A DNA stretch of 64,000 bases from a virus, in IMG/VR virus record IMGVR_UViG_3300042090_002000, positions 13,725-77,724 of that record; one strand, 5' to 3'. The position numbers and the translations under genes are program-made. The notes beneath the pieces are model-generated. The model was not told the origin of the DNA. It worked only from the letters and a program-made list of their open reading frames with translations, and made no database searches. Positions 51,896-62,177 of this stretch are shown here, one piece after another (positions within the stretch are counted from its first letter, which is position 1; every line of letters begins with the position of its first letter).

Positions 51896-52705
51896 ATGGC
51901 CACAACCCCAGCACCAGTACCTGCAACTCCCGTTCCGGCAGCCGTTGCTAAACCAGCTACCCCAGCGGTCGTCTCGCCGTTTGTTGCCATTGAAAACGAT
52001 GTGGTGTGGATTCGCACGCATGTGCTCGCGATCCTTTTCGCCGTGGCGTTGATCGGTGGACTCACTTTGGGCGGAATCACGCTGACAGAGAATTTAATTG
52101 AACGGCATGACGCGCGAGTCGCTGCTGCGCAGCAACAGAAGGAAGGGGTCGACACCGCAACGCAACAGGCTCTGCTGGCGCAACTGACACAGGATCGCGC
52201 AGCGGACGCGGCTCGTGACGCAGCCCAGACGACCTTGATTCAGACGTTGGTCGCACAGATGGCGCAGCAACGCGCCGCGACGGCGAAGCAAGTGGCAACG
52301 GACTCCACTCTTGACGCACAATCTGCTGCAGCCCGGCTTACAACGCAGACGAAAGCAAACCCGGGAGACATTACGGTCTCTGGAAACAACATCATCATGC
52401 CGCTCCCCATTACGCGCACGGTTGTGGCCGATCTCGATCTCTTGCCGCAAGCGCAAAGCGACGTGAACAATCTACAGGCGCAACTGACAGCGCAGCAGAC
52501 GTTGACGACTGACGCCAAGTCGGAATTGGCTGACGACAACAAGGTGATCGCAGCGGACAAGGATGAATTGATCGCGACGATCAAGGCCGACAATGCGGCC
52601 TGCAAAGTGCAGGTGGACGCGCAGGCTAAGAAAGATAGAAAAAGAGGGATGTGGGTATCCTTCGCAAGTTTCGTAGGCGGCTTAGTGGTGCGGAGTATGA
52701 TTTAG
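51896..52705 (+). CDS. Membrane-anchored coiled-coil protein (spanin-like)
   Basis: N-terminal TM, long Ala/Gln coiled coil and a C-terminal hydrophobic segment. Confidence 0.4.
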   Translation: MATTPAPVPATPVPAAVAKPATPAVVSPFVAIENDVVWIRTHVLAILFAVALIGGLTLGGITLTENLIERHDARVAAAQQQKEGVDTATQQALLAQLTQDRAADAARDAAQTTLIQTLVAQMAQQRAATAKQVATDSTLDAQSAAARLTTQTKANPGDITVSGNNIIMPLPITRTVVADLDLLPQAQSDVNNLQAQLTAQQTLTTDAKSELADDNKVIAADKDELIATIKADNAACKVQVDAQAKKDRKRGMWVSFASFVGGLVVRSMI

Positions 52706-52706
52706 A

Positions 52707-53117
52707 ATGACGCGACAATATTATTTGGGACATCGAAGTAAAATTCTAGCATCCGAAAAGCGGCGGTATGCGAAAAATAGGACTGCCATTCTACATCGAA
52801 TCAAAACCAGAACAGCGCAAGACCCTGAATATCAAGCAGCAGTTCGCGCGGGAAAAAGGAAAGCTAAATATGGAATCACTCCCGAACAGGTTCAAGACCT
52901 TTTGAGAAAGCAGAATGGGGTTTGCGCAATTTGCGAGCGACCAGAGAGCAGGCAACAGAACGGACGCGCTCAAGCGTTGGCGGTAGACCACGATCACGAG
53001 ACGGGACGTGTGCGGGGGTTGCTTTGCAGTGCATGTAATAATGCGATAGGGTTGATGCAAGAAGATATAGCCATATTTCAAAACGCTATTGTGTATATTC
53101 TATCTCATCGACATTAG
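52707..53117 (+). CDS. Endonuclease VII-like HNH nuclease
   Basis: QNGVCAIC...LAVDHDHETGRVRGLLCSACNNAIG. Confidence 0.9.
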   Translation: MTRQYYLGHRSKILASEKRRYAKNRTAILHRIKTRTAQDPEYQAAVRAGKRKAKYGITPEQVQDLLRKQNGVCAICERPESRQQNGRAQALAVDHDHETGRVRGLLCSACNNAIGLMQEDIAIFQNAIVYILSHRH

Positions 53118-53417
53118 GAGTGAACATGCCGCTACCGAAAGGCTTCAAAGTAGACGGAAGTGTACCCGGTGCGCAGGGGTCGAAATTGGTCCCCCCGCGC
53201 GTTAAGAAAATCATGGCTTCGTTGGATGTTTTACCGTTCGGAGAATTACTCACATCGACTGAGTTGGGACAGCGGGTGAACCTCAGTTTTGGGGGCGCGT
53301 GGACGGCTCATCCTGCCGTCATAGACTACCGCCAGAAAGTTGACGGGAAACTGTTTTGGGGCAGTCGTAAGAGCATTGCGAACCTTCGCAAACAACTTCA
53401 GGAGAATGAGGAATCCG

Positions 53418-54473
53418 ATGGCGAAAATTAAAGACGTGGTGCAGAAAAATAAGCCCCTTTCTGAAAAAGCGAAAATTGATATCGCGCTGCAGAATTTGAA
53501 AGATAAGCGCGACGGCAAGGATCGGCAGATCAGCGAACTCACGCAACGCGTGCTGAATTTGCAGAACGAACTCGATCTCGTGACGTACATGAAGGACCAG
53601 ACGCCACAGGCCATCGACATTTTACCGCGCACAGGCAACGGGCAGAGCGAATCTGCCGCCGTGGTTGTCTGGTCGGATCACCACAGCGAAGAACTCGTGC
53701 TCCCCGGCCAAGTCGGCGGACGCAACGAGCACAACTTGGAAGTGAACGACCGACGTTTTCAGCAAATGGTGCATGGCACGCTCGCGTGGTTCAACATCGA
53801 GAGTGCGAAGACGACGATCAAGAGTCTCACCATCGCTCTGCTGGGAGATCACATCACCGGCAGCATTCACGCCGATCTCGCGGAAGGAAATCTACTCCCG
53901 CCGACCGAAGCGATCTATCGCGCGCAGAATCAAATCATTGGCGGACTGGAACACATTCGCGACAACACACCGGATGATGTCAAGCTGCTGATCGTGTGCC
54001 ACGGCGGAAACCACGGGCGCATGACGAAGGATCAGCGCATTGCCACAGAGACCGGGAACTCTCTGGAGCAGTACATGTTCTACACGATCCGCGACTTTTT
54101 CAAGGGCGATCCCCGATTCGAATTCCTGATCGCAACCGGCTACCATTCGTACGTGAACTACTTCGGCACATTTCCTGTCCGATATCATCACGGGCACCAG
54201 ATCAATTATCAGGGTGGTGTCGGCGGGATCACGATTCCGGTCAACAAAGCTATCGCGCAGTGGAACAAAGCGAACCCGGTGAAACTCGATGTGTTCGGCC
54301 ACTTCCATATGAAATTTGACGGCGGAAACTTCATTTGCAACGGCAGCTTAATCGGGTACAATGCGTATGCGGTATCCATCAAGGCGTCGTTCGAGAAGCC
54401 CAGCCAGACATTCTTTTTGATCAACAAAGAATACAACGAGAAAACGATGGTCGCACCGATTTTCGTTAACTAA
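53418..54473 (+). CDS. Calcineurin-like metallophosphoesterase
   Basis: SDHH, LGD, GNHGR, HHGH, GHFH. Confidence 0.85.
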   Translation: MAKIKDVVQKNKPLSEKAKIDIALQNLKDKRDGKDRQISELTQRVLNLQNELDLVTYMKDQTPQAIDILPRTGNGQSESAAVVVWSDHHSEELVLPGQVGGRNEHNLEVNDRRFQQMVHGTLAWFNIESAKTTIKSLTIALLGDHITGSIHADLAEGNLLPPTEAIYRAQNQIIGGLEHIRDNTPDDVKLLIVCHGGNHGRMTKDQRIATETGNSLEQYMFYTIRDFFKGDPRFEFLIATGYHSYVNYFGTFPVRYHHGHQINYQGGVGGITIPVNKAIAQWNKANPVKLDVFGHFHMKFDGGNFICNGSLIGYNAYAVSIKASFEKPSQTFFLINKEYNEKTMVAPIFVN

Positions 54474-54492
54474 TTTTCGTTCGGAGCATCCA

Positions 54493-55497
54493 ATGAAAAA
54501 GGAAGACGCTGCTGCTTTGCAGACAGTGGTAGAGGGTATTGAGAAAGACTACGGCGCGGGTGCCATTATGCGGCTGGGGAGCAAAAAATTTACCCCAGTC
54601 GAAGTGGTGCCCACCGTATCACTCGCGCTTGACATTGCGTTGGGTGTTGGCGGGCTCCCCAAGGGTCGGATCATCGAAATCTATGGGCCGGAGTCCGGCG
54701 GTAAGACGACGTTGTGTCTTCAGCAGATCGCACAGACGCAGAAGTTTGGAGCCAACGCCGCATTCATTGACGCAGAACACTCCCTCGATCCGGCCTACGC
54801 CGCACGGCTGGGCGTCAACATCGACGATTTGTTCGTAGCGCAACCCGATAACGGGGAACAGGCTCTGGAGATCGTCAAAAAACTCGTCGACTCCCACAAG
54901 ATCGGAATCATCGTGGTGGACTCTGTCGCGGCACTGGTTCCCCGGGCGGAACTCGAAGGCGACATGGGTGATCCGCAGATGGGTCTGCAGGCGCGCATGA
55001 TGTCGCAGGCGATGCGCAAACTCACCGCGATCACCAAGCAGGCCAACACCCAGATTATTTTCATCAACCAAATCCGCGAGAAAATTGGCGTGATGTTCGG
55101 CAATCCAGAAACCACGACCGGGGGCCGGGCACTCAAATTCTACGCCTCTGTCCGCCTCGACATTCGCAAACTAAAACCCATTAAGGTTGGTGATGTGACA
55201 ATTGGCACGACCACTCGCATCAAAGTGGTCAAGAACAAAGTTGCACCGCCGTATACCGAAGCGGAAGTTGATCTGTTGTACGGTTATGGCATCTCACGCG
55301 AGATTGATCTTCTCCGCATTGGCGAAGAACAAGGCGTGCTTGAAAAATCAGGATCGTGGTTCGCCTACGGCGGTGAAAAAATTGGGCAAAGTGAAGAGAA
55401 GGCCCGCGTGTTTCTTGTTGAGCACCCGGAGATCGCCAACAAAATTGATGCAGAACTACGGAGTAAACTCTTCAAAAAGGAAGAAAAACATGCCTGA
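54493..55497 (+). CDS. recA: RecA recombinase
   Basis: [64 protein letters not shown]. Confidence 0.98.
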   Translation: MKKEDAAALQTVVEGIEKDYGAGAIMRLGSKKFTPVEVVPTVSLALDIALGVGGLPKGRIIEIYGPESGGKTTLCLQQIAQTQKFGANAAFIDAEHSLDPAYAARLGVNIDDLFVAQPDNGEQALEIVKKLVDSHKIGIIVVDSVAALVPRAELEGDMGDPQMGLQARMMSQAMRKLTAITKQANTQIIFINQIREKIGVMFGNPETTTGGRALKFYASVRLDIRKLKPIKVGDVTIGTTTRIKVVKNKVAPPYTEAEVDLLYGYGISREIDLLRIGEEQGVLEKSGSWFAYGGEKIGQSEEKARVFLVEHPEIANKIDAELRSKLFKKEEKHA

Positions 55498-55891
55498 GAA
55501 GATCACCATCAAAGTTGCTGAAGCGATCCAAGAACTGAAGGATCGTGCAGTGTTGCCGACTGACGCCGCTGCGCGGAAACTGATTCCCCTATGCACCGGT
55601 TTGTTGGACTATTTCCCGGCGGCGCTGGCTGAAGTGGCCAAGGTGTCGTTGCAGGGGAATATCCAGCACAACGGGCCGGACTCGCCGTTATTTTGGGCAC
55701 GCGGCAAGTCAATGGATCAATCCGATACGATTCTTCGCCATCTTGCGGAGCGCGGGAAGATCGATACGGATGGCATGCGGCATTCCGCCAAGGTTGCGTG
55801 GCGGGCGCTGGCGCTATTGCAACTCGAACTCGAAGAGGCAGGCGCACCGCTTGCGCGTGGAGCAAAACTACCGGAGGAGCCCAAAAAGTAA
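55490..55891 (+). CDS. dATP/dGTP diphosphohydrolase-like (DUF5664) protein
   Basis: [17 protein letters not shown]...W.RGKS...RHL...[14 protein letters not shown]. Confidence 0.75.
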   Translation: MPEKITIKVAEAIQELKDRAVLPTDAAARKLIPLCTGLLDYFPAALAEVAKVSLQGNIQHNGPDSPLFWARGKSMDQSDTILRHLAERGKIDTDGMRHSAKVAWRALALLQLELEEAGAPLARGAKLPEEPKK

Positions 55892-56400
55892 TGTTCACTG
55901 AGCAGAAATTGCGGGACCTGTCTTTCCTTGCGGCATTCCAAGAGTTTCAAAAGGACGCCGCCGACATCAATCGTGACAAGGGTTTCAGTGCCGATGATGA
56001 ACTGATCAACGAATTCGAGCAGTGGTTTGTGAACCGGATTATTGACGACGACTCGTCCAACACCCCAGCCGGTATTGGCTCGACTCTGGCGTTCCATAGA
56101 TACAGGCCGTTGTTCCAATCATTTCGCAACGCTCGCATTGGCCTCAAGCTGATGCTGGCGACTGGTGAACTGGGTGAGACTCTGGAAGCCGTGCGCAAGA
56201 ACATCGACAAGGATGACCACTGTCCCCAATTTTCCGCTGAAGAGGTTGAAATTGCCGATGCCATGCTTCGCTTGATGAACTATGCCACAGATCGCAATCT
56301 GCGCCTCGCGGAAGCCATGATTGCGAAGCAAGAGTACAACCGGACCCGGCACGACCATAGCAAAGAAGCCCGCGCTTCTGAGCATGGCAAACGATTCTAA
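55891..56400 (+). CDS. MazG-like NTP pyrophosphohydrolase
   Basis: GELGETLEAVRK...EEVEIADAMLRL...K.EYN..R. Confidence 0.75.
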   Translation: MFTEQKLRDLSFLAAFQEFQKDAADINRDKGFSADDELINEFEQWFVNRIIDDDSSNTPAGIGSTLAFHRYRPLFQSFRNARIGLKLMLATGELGETLEAVRKNIDKDDHCPQFSAEEVEIADAMLRLMNYATDRNLRLAEAMIAKQEYNRTRHDHSKEARASEHGKRF

Positions 56401-56414
56401 CGGAGGGAGCACCC

Positions 56415-56867
56415 GTGAAAGTCTACATCGCCGCACCGTATTCGAGAAAAGAAGAAATGAACGTGTATGCCGCAAAGCTGCGCGAACTGGGTATCGAAGT
56501 CACTTCGCGCTGGTTGAACGAACCCCACAAGTCATCCATCCAGATGCCTGATCTGACGCATGAGCAGCACCTAGAGTACGCGATGCAGGACGTAAACGAC
56601 ATCATGGACTCTGATGCCATGGTGTTTTTCACTGATCCCACCAAAACCATCCTGCGCGCCGGTCGGCACGTCGAGTTCGGGATGGTTCTCGCCTTGAATC
56701 ATATGTTGACCGAAGACCCGCTTCCGATTTTTGTGGTGGGCTTGGAGTTCGAAAACATTTTTCATCACATGCCGAACGTCTCCCATTTTCAAGAATGGGA
56801 TTTGGCGCTCGATGCGGTATGCCGATTCGCAATCAAATTCGATCACGACATGGCTGCTGGCCTATAA
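56415..56867 (+). CDS. Nucleoside 2-deoxyribosyltransferase-like protein
   Basis: KVYIAAPY, DVNDIMDSDAMV, GRHVEFG. Confidence 0.7.
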   Translation: MKVYIAAPYSRKEEMNVYAAKLRELGIEVTSRWLNEPHKSSIQMPDLTHEQHLEYAMQDVNDIMDSDAMVFFTDPTKTILRAGRHVEFGMVLALNHMLTEDPLPIFVVGLEFENIFHHMPNVSHFQEWDLALDAVCRFAIKFDHDMAAGL

Positions 56868-56870
56868 TCC

Positions 56871-59189
56871 TTGCGAATTGTATACATCCACGGTGACTTT
56901 GAGACGTTTAGTCTCATTGATCTAACGGAAGTCGGTCTTGACAACTACGCCAAGCACCCATCCACGGGTGTGAGTATGCTGTGCTGGTCAATTGATGACG
57001 AGGAAGAAATTAACGTCTGGCTTCCTCGACCCGACTACCCAGCAATTGGCCAGTTACCAAAGCGGTTGCTGGAAGCAATTCTTGATCAGGAGACCATCAT
57101 TGTTGCGTGGAACGCGCAGTTCGAACACGCCATTTTCAACTACGTCTTGAAAATCCCAATAGAGATTCAACGCTTCCGCGACCCCATCGTGCTGGCGCAC
57201 AACTTGTCGCTTCCCGGGAAACTGGACACTGTTGCCGAAGTTTTGAAGATGGCGAACCAGAAAGACCCGCGCGGGGATGAGTTGAAAAAGATGTTCTGCA
57301 TGCCTGTCAGCAAGGGTGGCGAGATGACGTTGTTCGGCATCACAGAGCCGCTATTTCGGACACAGGAAAGTCACCCGCGAGAGTTCGCCGAATATATCGA
57401 GTATTGCAAACAGGACGTGCGGGCCTCGCGCGATCTGTGGAACCGGCTCTCCAAAATCCCGTTTCCCGAACACGAATGGCGCGGGTGGTTTCTGGATCAC
57501 AAGATCAACACGTTTGGGATTCCCACACGCCGCGATTTGGCGGAAAAGGGCTGGCGGCTGGCTAATCGCTTCATTGAGGAACAACGCGCGCTATTGAAGA
57601 AAATCACTGGGTTGGAAAATCCCAACTCCGATGTGCAGATGAAAAAGTGGGTGACTGAGCGCGGTTATCCGTGGAATTCGATGCGCGCCCCCACGGTGAA
57701 AGCGGAGATCAAAAACCCCAACTCACCGATCACCGCAGAGTGCCGCGAGGCGCTGAAAATTCGGTCGTCGGCGCGTAAATCTTCGTACACCAAGATCGAA
57801 AAGTTGTTGTTGCTCCTGTCGACCGATGACCGGATTCGCTATCAGTTTCGATTCATGGGCGCGCCCCGCACAGGCCGCTGGGCCAGCGGCGGCGGCGAAG
57901 AGGCGTCGATGCAGGTGCAGAACTTGCCGCGCGGGGAAAAAGCAGTCAAGAAAAAATTGATGCTGGCGCTCGATCTTCTCATGAAAGAAGATTATGACGG
58001 GATAAAAAAAGAATTCACCGAAACGAAGGATGAAAAAGATTCGCTCACAGTTGTTGAGTTCGTCATCACGCTGTTGCGGTCGCTGTTCCAAGCGAAGCCC
58101 GGCAAAGTGTTTCATGTGGCCGACAAAAACGCTATTGAAAATCGCGTGCTGGGGTGGGTCGCGGGATGCAAGGCGATTCTCGATGTCTTCCGCACATGCA
58201 CGAACTGCGGCTTTATCGTGGAGGATTTGGACGGCGTATTCGCCTGTCCAAAGTGCGGCGGCAAAAAATCACGATGCCCTTATATATCGTTTGGCACAAA
58301 GCTGTACAACAAGCCGTATGAACAGATGTGGTCCGAATATCTCGCAGGAAACGAAGATGAGCGGCAGAACTCGAAGCCCGCTGTGCTGGGTGGTGGATAT
58401 GGCCTTGGCGGCGGCGAGATGTTCTTCAATGAATACGGTGACGAGGTTCGCGGCGGCTTGTGGGGATACGCGCTAACGGTCTGTGGTGTGGACATGCCGA
58501 AAGATTTGGCTCACAAAGCCGTGGCCATTTTGCGCGAAGCATGGCCGGAAGTGCCTGTACTCTGGACTGATTTGGAAGAGGCATTTAAGCAGGTGCTTCG
58601 GCGCGGCGGCGTGATCAAGGTCGGCGAAGTTACTTGGAACCGGCAAGACAAAGAGTGGGTCGAGCACCCGACTAAAGGTAAGCAGTGCGTGCTGACATTC
58701 AGCCGCATCAAAATGAGCGACGGCGGTTACACTGTCCGCATGCAGCTACCCTCTGGGCGCGCGTTACACTACTTGAACGCGACTATCGATCAAGAGGAGC
58801 GGACAAGTAAAAAGAACGGGAATCCGTACAAGGTCGACGTGCTGCACTATGATGGGATCGAGCACAGCGCGACGCAGGGCGCAGACGGCAAGAATCAGAA
58901 GAAACATCATAAGTGGGGCCGCGTCAAGACGTATGGCGGGAAGATTTGCGAGAACGCGGTGCAAGCGATTTCGCGCGACGACTTGTTGAACTCGATGTTC
59001 CTTGCCGACGAGATGGGCTTCGATATCTGGGGCTTGTTCCACGACGAAGTTGCCGTCGAAGTCGACGACGATCCGTGGGCACCGGGGTTGTCCGATCTGG
59101 TATGGTGCATGATCCAAGTACCAAGCTGGGCTCCCGGCCTGATTTTGGGCGCAGAGGGATACACCAGCTACGTCTATAAGAAGGGGTGA
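56871..59189 (+). CDS. DNA polymerase, family A (phage type)
   Basis: Exonuclease motifs DFETFS, WNAQFE and YCKQDV. Polymerase motifs TGRWAS, ADKNAIENRV, RQNSKPAVLGGGYG, ENAVQ and HDE. Confidence 0.92.
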   Translation: MRIVYIHGDFETFSLIDLTEVGLDNYAKHPSTGVSMLCWSIDDEEEINVWLPRPDYPAIGQLPKRLLEAILDQETIIVAWNAQFEHAIFNYVLKIPIEIQRFRDPIVLAHNLSLPGKLDTVAEVLKMANQKDPRGDELKKMFCMPVSKGGEMTLFGITEPLFRTQESHPREFAEYIEYCKQDVRASRDLWNRLSKIPFPEHEWRGWFLDHKINTFGIPTRRDLAEKGWRLANRFIEEQRALLKKITGLENPNSDVQMKKWVTERGYPWNSMRAPTVKAEIKNPNSPITAECREALKIRSSARKSSYTKIEKLLLLLSTDDRIRYQFRFMGAPRTGRWASGGGEEASMQVQNLPRGEKAVKKKLMLALDLLMKEDYDGIKKEFTETKDEKDSLTVVEFVITLLRSLFQAKPGKVFHVADKNAIENRVLGWVAGCKAILDVFRTCTNCGFIVEDLDGVFACPKCGGKKSRCPYISFGTKLYNKPYEQMWSEYLAGNEDERQNSKPAVLGGGYGLGGGEMFFNEYGDEVRGGLWGYALTVCGVDMPKDLAHKAVAILREAWPEVPVLWTDLEEAFKQVLRRGGVIKVGEVTWNRQDKEWVEHPTKGKQCVLTFSRIKMSDGGYTVRMQLPSGRALHYLNATIDQEERTSKKNGNPYKVDVLHYDGIEHSATQGADGKNQKKHHKWGRVKTYGGKICENAVQAISRDDLLNSMFLADEMGFDIWGLFHDEVAVEVDDDPWAPGLSDLVWCMIQVPSWAPGLILGAEGYTSYVYKKG

Positions 59190-59545
59190 TGTCATGAAAG
59201 TAAAAGAACTGATTGCAGAACTTCAGAAGATCAATGGCGAGAGTCGCGTGTTCATGGGGTATGATGGAGATATCGTGGTCACTCCGGCGCTGACGGTCGA
59301 ATTCATATCCACGGAGCATCAAATCGGGAATTGTTGGTATCAGGTTCAGCCGGGCGACACAGTTATTCTAACTTCATAAGGGGATCGGGCATGGATTGGA
59401 CAAATGAGGAATGTGAAAGTTTCGAGCAGTGGGCGAGGTCTTGGCGGGGCCGAATCGCCATGGCGTGGTGCAACTTTTTGTGGGCAATTCGCCAAAAAAG
59501 GGCTTGACAAAGTTCTAGTACGGAAGTACTCTTGACAGTGAGCAA

Positions 59546-60811
59546 ATGAGTGTCGTAGATCAATCCAAAGTCCTGCAGTTTGCGAAACTGGCTATGGCAG
59601 CAGGCTGGGAGTGGTGTGGGTATCAGGAATCTATTCCTCCACTTTTACCGGAACTTGTAGTTCAGAGAAAATACGCCGGAGCATTACGCATTCCTTTTGA
59701 CCCAGCGGATTTTGAGCCTGAAACACTTGCAAAATTACATCTTTTTCGACAGGAGCGCAAAATGGCGACGACGTTGAGTCTCAAAGAAAAACTGCACACG
59801 ATTTACGAAATGCTGGACCACATCGACAAAGCTGGGCACAATAAAGCCCAGAACTACGACTACATTCAAGCAGCCGATGTCACGCGCGCCATTCGCTCGC
59901 AACTCATCGAGCAGCGCATCTATGCAGAAGTGAATTTCGATTTCGTCGGCGGCCCGTTTACTATTGCCCGTGCGAAGGAACCGACAGCGCCTTTTACGGC
60001 TGTGCTTGTGAAGTGCTCTGTCGTTTTCCACGATCTGGATTCTGATGCCGTCCTTACCGGCAGTGGTTTGGGCACCGGGGCTGATACTGGCGACAAAGCC
60101 GCGTACAAGGCGCAAACTGGCGCGTTCAAATATGCGTTGAAAAACTCCTGCATGGTGCCGGACGAAGCGGACCCAGAAGCCGATGAGAACATCGACGAAG
60201 GGGGCCGTTCGAATCGAGACGAGGAGCCCGACTTCCAAGATGCCAAGAGGCAGCGCGACCGGCAAGAACAAGTTCGCCAGCCCAAGCAGGACGCCCGCCC
60301 TACGCAGACCCCGCCGTCACAGGATGGTGCAACAAGTGCGGCTGGCAAGTCTGCGAATGTCTCAAAATCCAATCCCCCCGCAGAGCCCCCGCCTACAGAA
60401 GCGCGCTCTACGAAATTGCAGGATTCCGCGCCTTCTGCGAAACCTGCGGATGCCCCGTCGACGACCTTGGATGTACTGGATGCGGAGCCTGAGAAGGGCG
60501 ATGCTTTCGAAGGGCCGGACGAAGACCGCATGCCCACGGAAGCGGAATTGGACACGTACCGCAAAGCGTTCAACGCACTGGGCAACGATCTGGCGGACAA
60601 AGGAAAACTCAAGGCGAGCAAGAACCTCCCTGCGCCAGTGAAATTGCGCGTGTTCCTGCTTTCGATCACAGGAGCCAATTCGCCGAAGGAAATGACGAAT
60701 AGCCAGTGGATCGACTTTTTTAACAGGGTGGATAAGGCCGTGGGCCTTGAGACGGGCTATGTCGGTCTTGCGAAACTTGTTAATAAGGCGAACGGGATTG
60801 AGGATAAATAG
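59546..60811 (+). CDS. ERF-family ssDNA annealing protein (probable main start at 59762)
   Basis: IDKAGHN...YDY...GTGADTGDKAAYKAQTGAFKYAL. SD CAGGAG precedes ATG 59762. Confidence 0.8.
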   Translation: MSVVDQSKVLQFAKLAMAAGWEWCGYQESIPPLLPELVVQRKYAGALRIPFDPADFEPETLAKLHLFRQERKMATTLSLKEKLHTIYEMLDHIDKAGHNKAQNYDYIQAADVTRAIRSQLIEQRIYAEVNFDFVGGPFTIARAKEPTAPFTAVLVKCSVVFHDLDSDAVLTGSGLGTGADTGDKAAYKAQTGAFKYALKNSCMVPDEADPEADENIDEGGRSNRDEEPDFQDAKRQRDRQEQVRQPKQDARPTQTPPSQDGATSAAGKSANVSKSNPPAEPPPTEARSTKLQDSAPSAKPADAPSTTLDVLDAEPEKGDAFEGPDEDRMPTEAELDTYRKAFNALGNDLADKGKLKASKNLPAPVKLRVFLLSITGANSPKEMTNSQWIDFFNRVDKAVGLETGYVGLAKLVNKANGIEDK

Positions 60812-61146
60812 TGCGTACCCCTGAACAGAAGGCATACGCCCGCAAGATTTCAAGGAAATATAGGGAGCGTCATCCCGGGGCACATAGAAAAGCACATCGA
60901 CTGAGCCGCTACGGGCTAACGGCGGCAGCTTTTGCTGAACGAGCGCAAGTTCAGAAAAACAGGTGTAAAATCTGCGGCGCGACTAGCGCCCAGAACGCGA
61001 ATAGAGAGTGGTGTGTAGATCACGATCATCAAACAGGGCGTGTACGGGGCCTTTTGTGCCTTCACTGTAACTCTCTTTTGGGTATGGCGCACGATCAAAT
61101 TTCGGTGTTAGAGAATGCAATAAAATACTTGAAAGGGGAACTATAA
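60811..61146 (+). CDS. Endonuclease VII-like HNH nuclease
   Basis: CKICG...VDHDHQTGRVRGLLCLHCNSLLG. Confidence 0.9.
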   Translation: MRTPEQKAYARKISRKYRERHPGAHRKAHRLSRYGLTAAAFAERAQVQKNRCKICGATSAQNANREWCVDHDHQTGRVRGLLCLHCNSLLGMAHDQISVLENAIKYLKGEL

Positions 61147-61490
61147 TGATGGAGAGAGGCCATGTTTATTTCCTGATCGACGGAGAGCGCCGTTATCAGG
61201 ACACAACGTATGATCCGAACAAGTTTGTCGACGACAAGCTGAACATCACGGTCGGCGATCTCGACAAAGACCCGGGACGCGGCATCCTGCTGCTTGATGC
61301 TTATGTCCGCAAGGCGGAATTCGCGTGGGCAGAACAAGAAGGAAATATCCCGGCTCTGCAGTACGTGGCAAAGATTGCAGCTATCGCCGTTCGCATTCTG
61401 GAACGCGCGGAGGGCAGCGACAAGTTGTTGACGACCGGTTTGAGGTAAACTGTACGGCCCGCAAGGGCAAATCCAACAGAGAGGTGATTT

Positions 61491-61934
61491 ATGGCATCAT
61501 CAGTGAATAAAGTAATTCTCATCGGACGACTGGGCCGCGATCCAGAAATTCGAGAGACGAACGGTGGGCAGTCTGTGGCCAACTTCAGCATCGCCACGGA
61601 TGAATCCTACAAAAACAAAGACGGCGAAAAAATCAAGAAGACGGAGTGGCACAACATCGTCGTGTGGGGCGCGGCTGTTGATAACTTCGTTGCAAAGTAC
61701 ATTCATGTCGGCGACATGGTGTACATCGAAGGCCGCCTGCAAACCCGCGAATGGGAAAAAGACGGCGTGAAGCGATACACCACGGAAGTTAACGTGTCCG
61801 ACATCAAGGGACTCGTGACGGGCGGTGGTGAATCGGATTCGCGGTCATCCTCGAAAAACAGGTCCAACAGCAAACCGGCAGGCCGCACGTCGCAAAGACA
61901 GGCGGAACCTGAAGACGAAGACATTCCGTTCTAA
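61491..61934 (+). CDS. ssb: Single-stranded DNA-binding protein
   Basis: VNKVILIGRLGRDPE, TEWHNIV, YIEGRLQTR and C-terminal DEDIPF. Confidence 0.97.
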   Translation: MASSVNKVILIGRLGRDPEIRETNGGQSVANFSIATDESYKNKDGEKIKKTEWHNIVVWGAAVDNFVAKYIHVGDMVYIEGRLQTREWEKDGVKRYTTEVNVSDIKGLVTGGGESDSRSSSKNRSNSKPAGRTSQRQAEPEDEDIPF

Positions 61935-62177
61935 AAGGGGTTGCAATGGTTCGTTATCTCTGGCACCTTGTTGCCACAGGCTTCTGGATGGGTCTGGGCC
62001 AAGGCTTCGGAATCGAATTGTCGTTTCTGGTGCTCTGGGTTGTCTGGCACACTTTCCATGGGAGAGTGGCGCACAGACTTGACCCGGAGCACTGGTTACA
62101 CAGAGTCCACGACTATATCACGAATTGAGGTGTTTTTCCACTTGACTGCGAGGGAAAACAACGGTATATTATGATCT

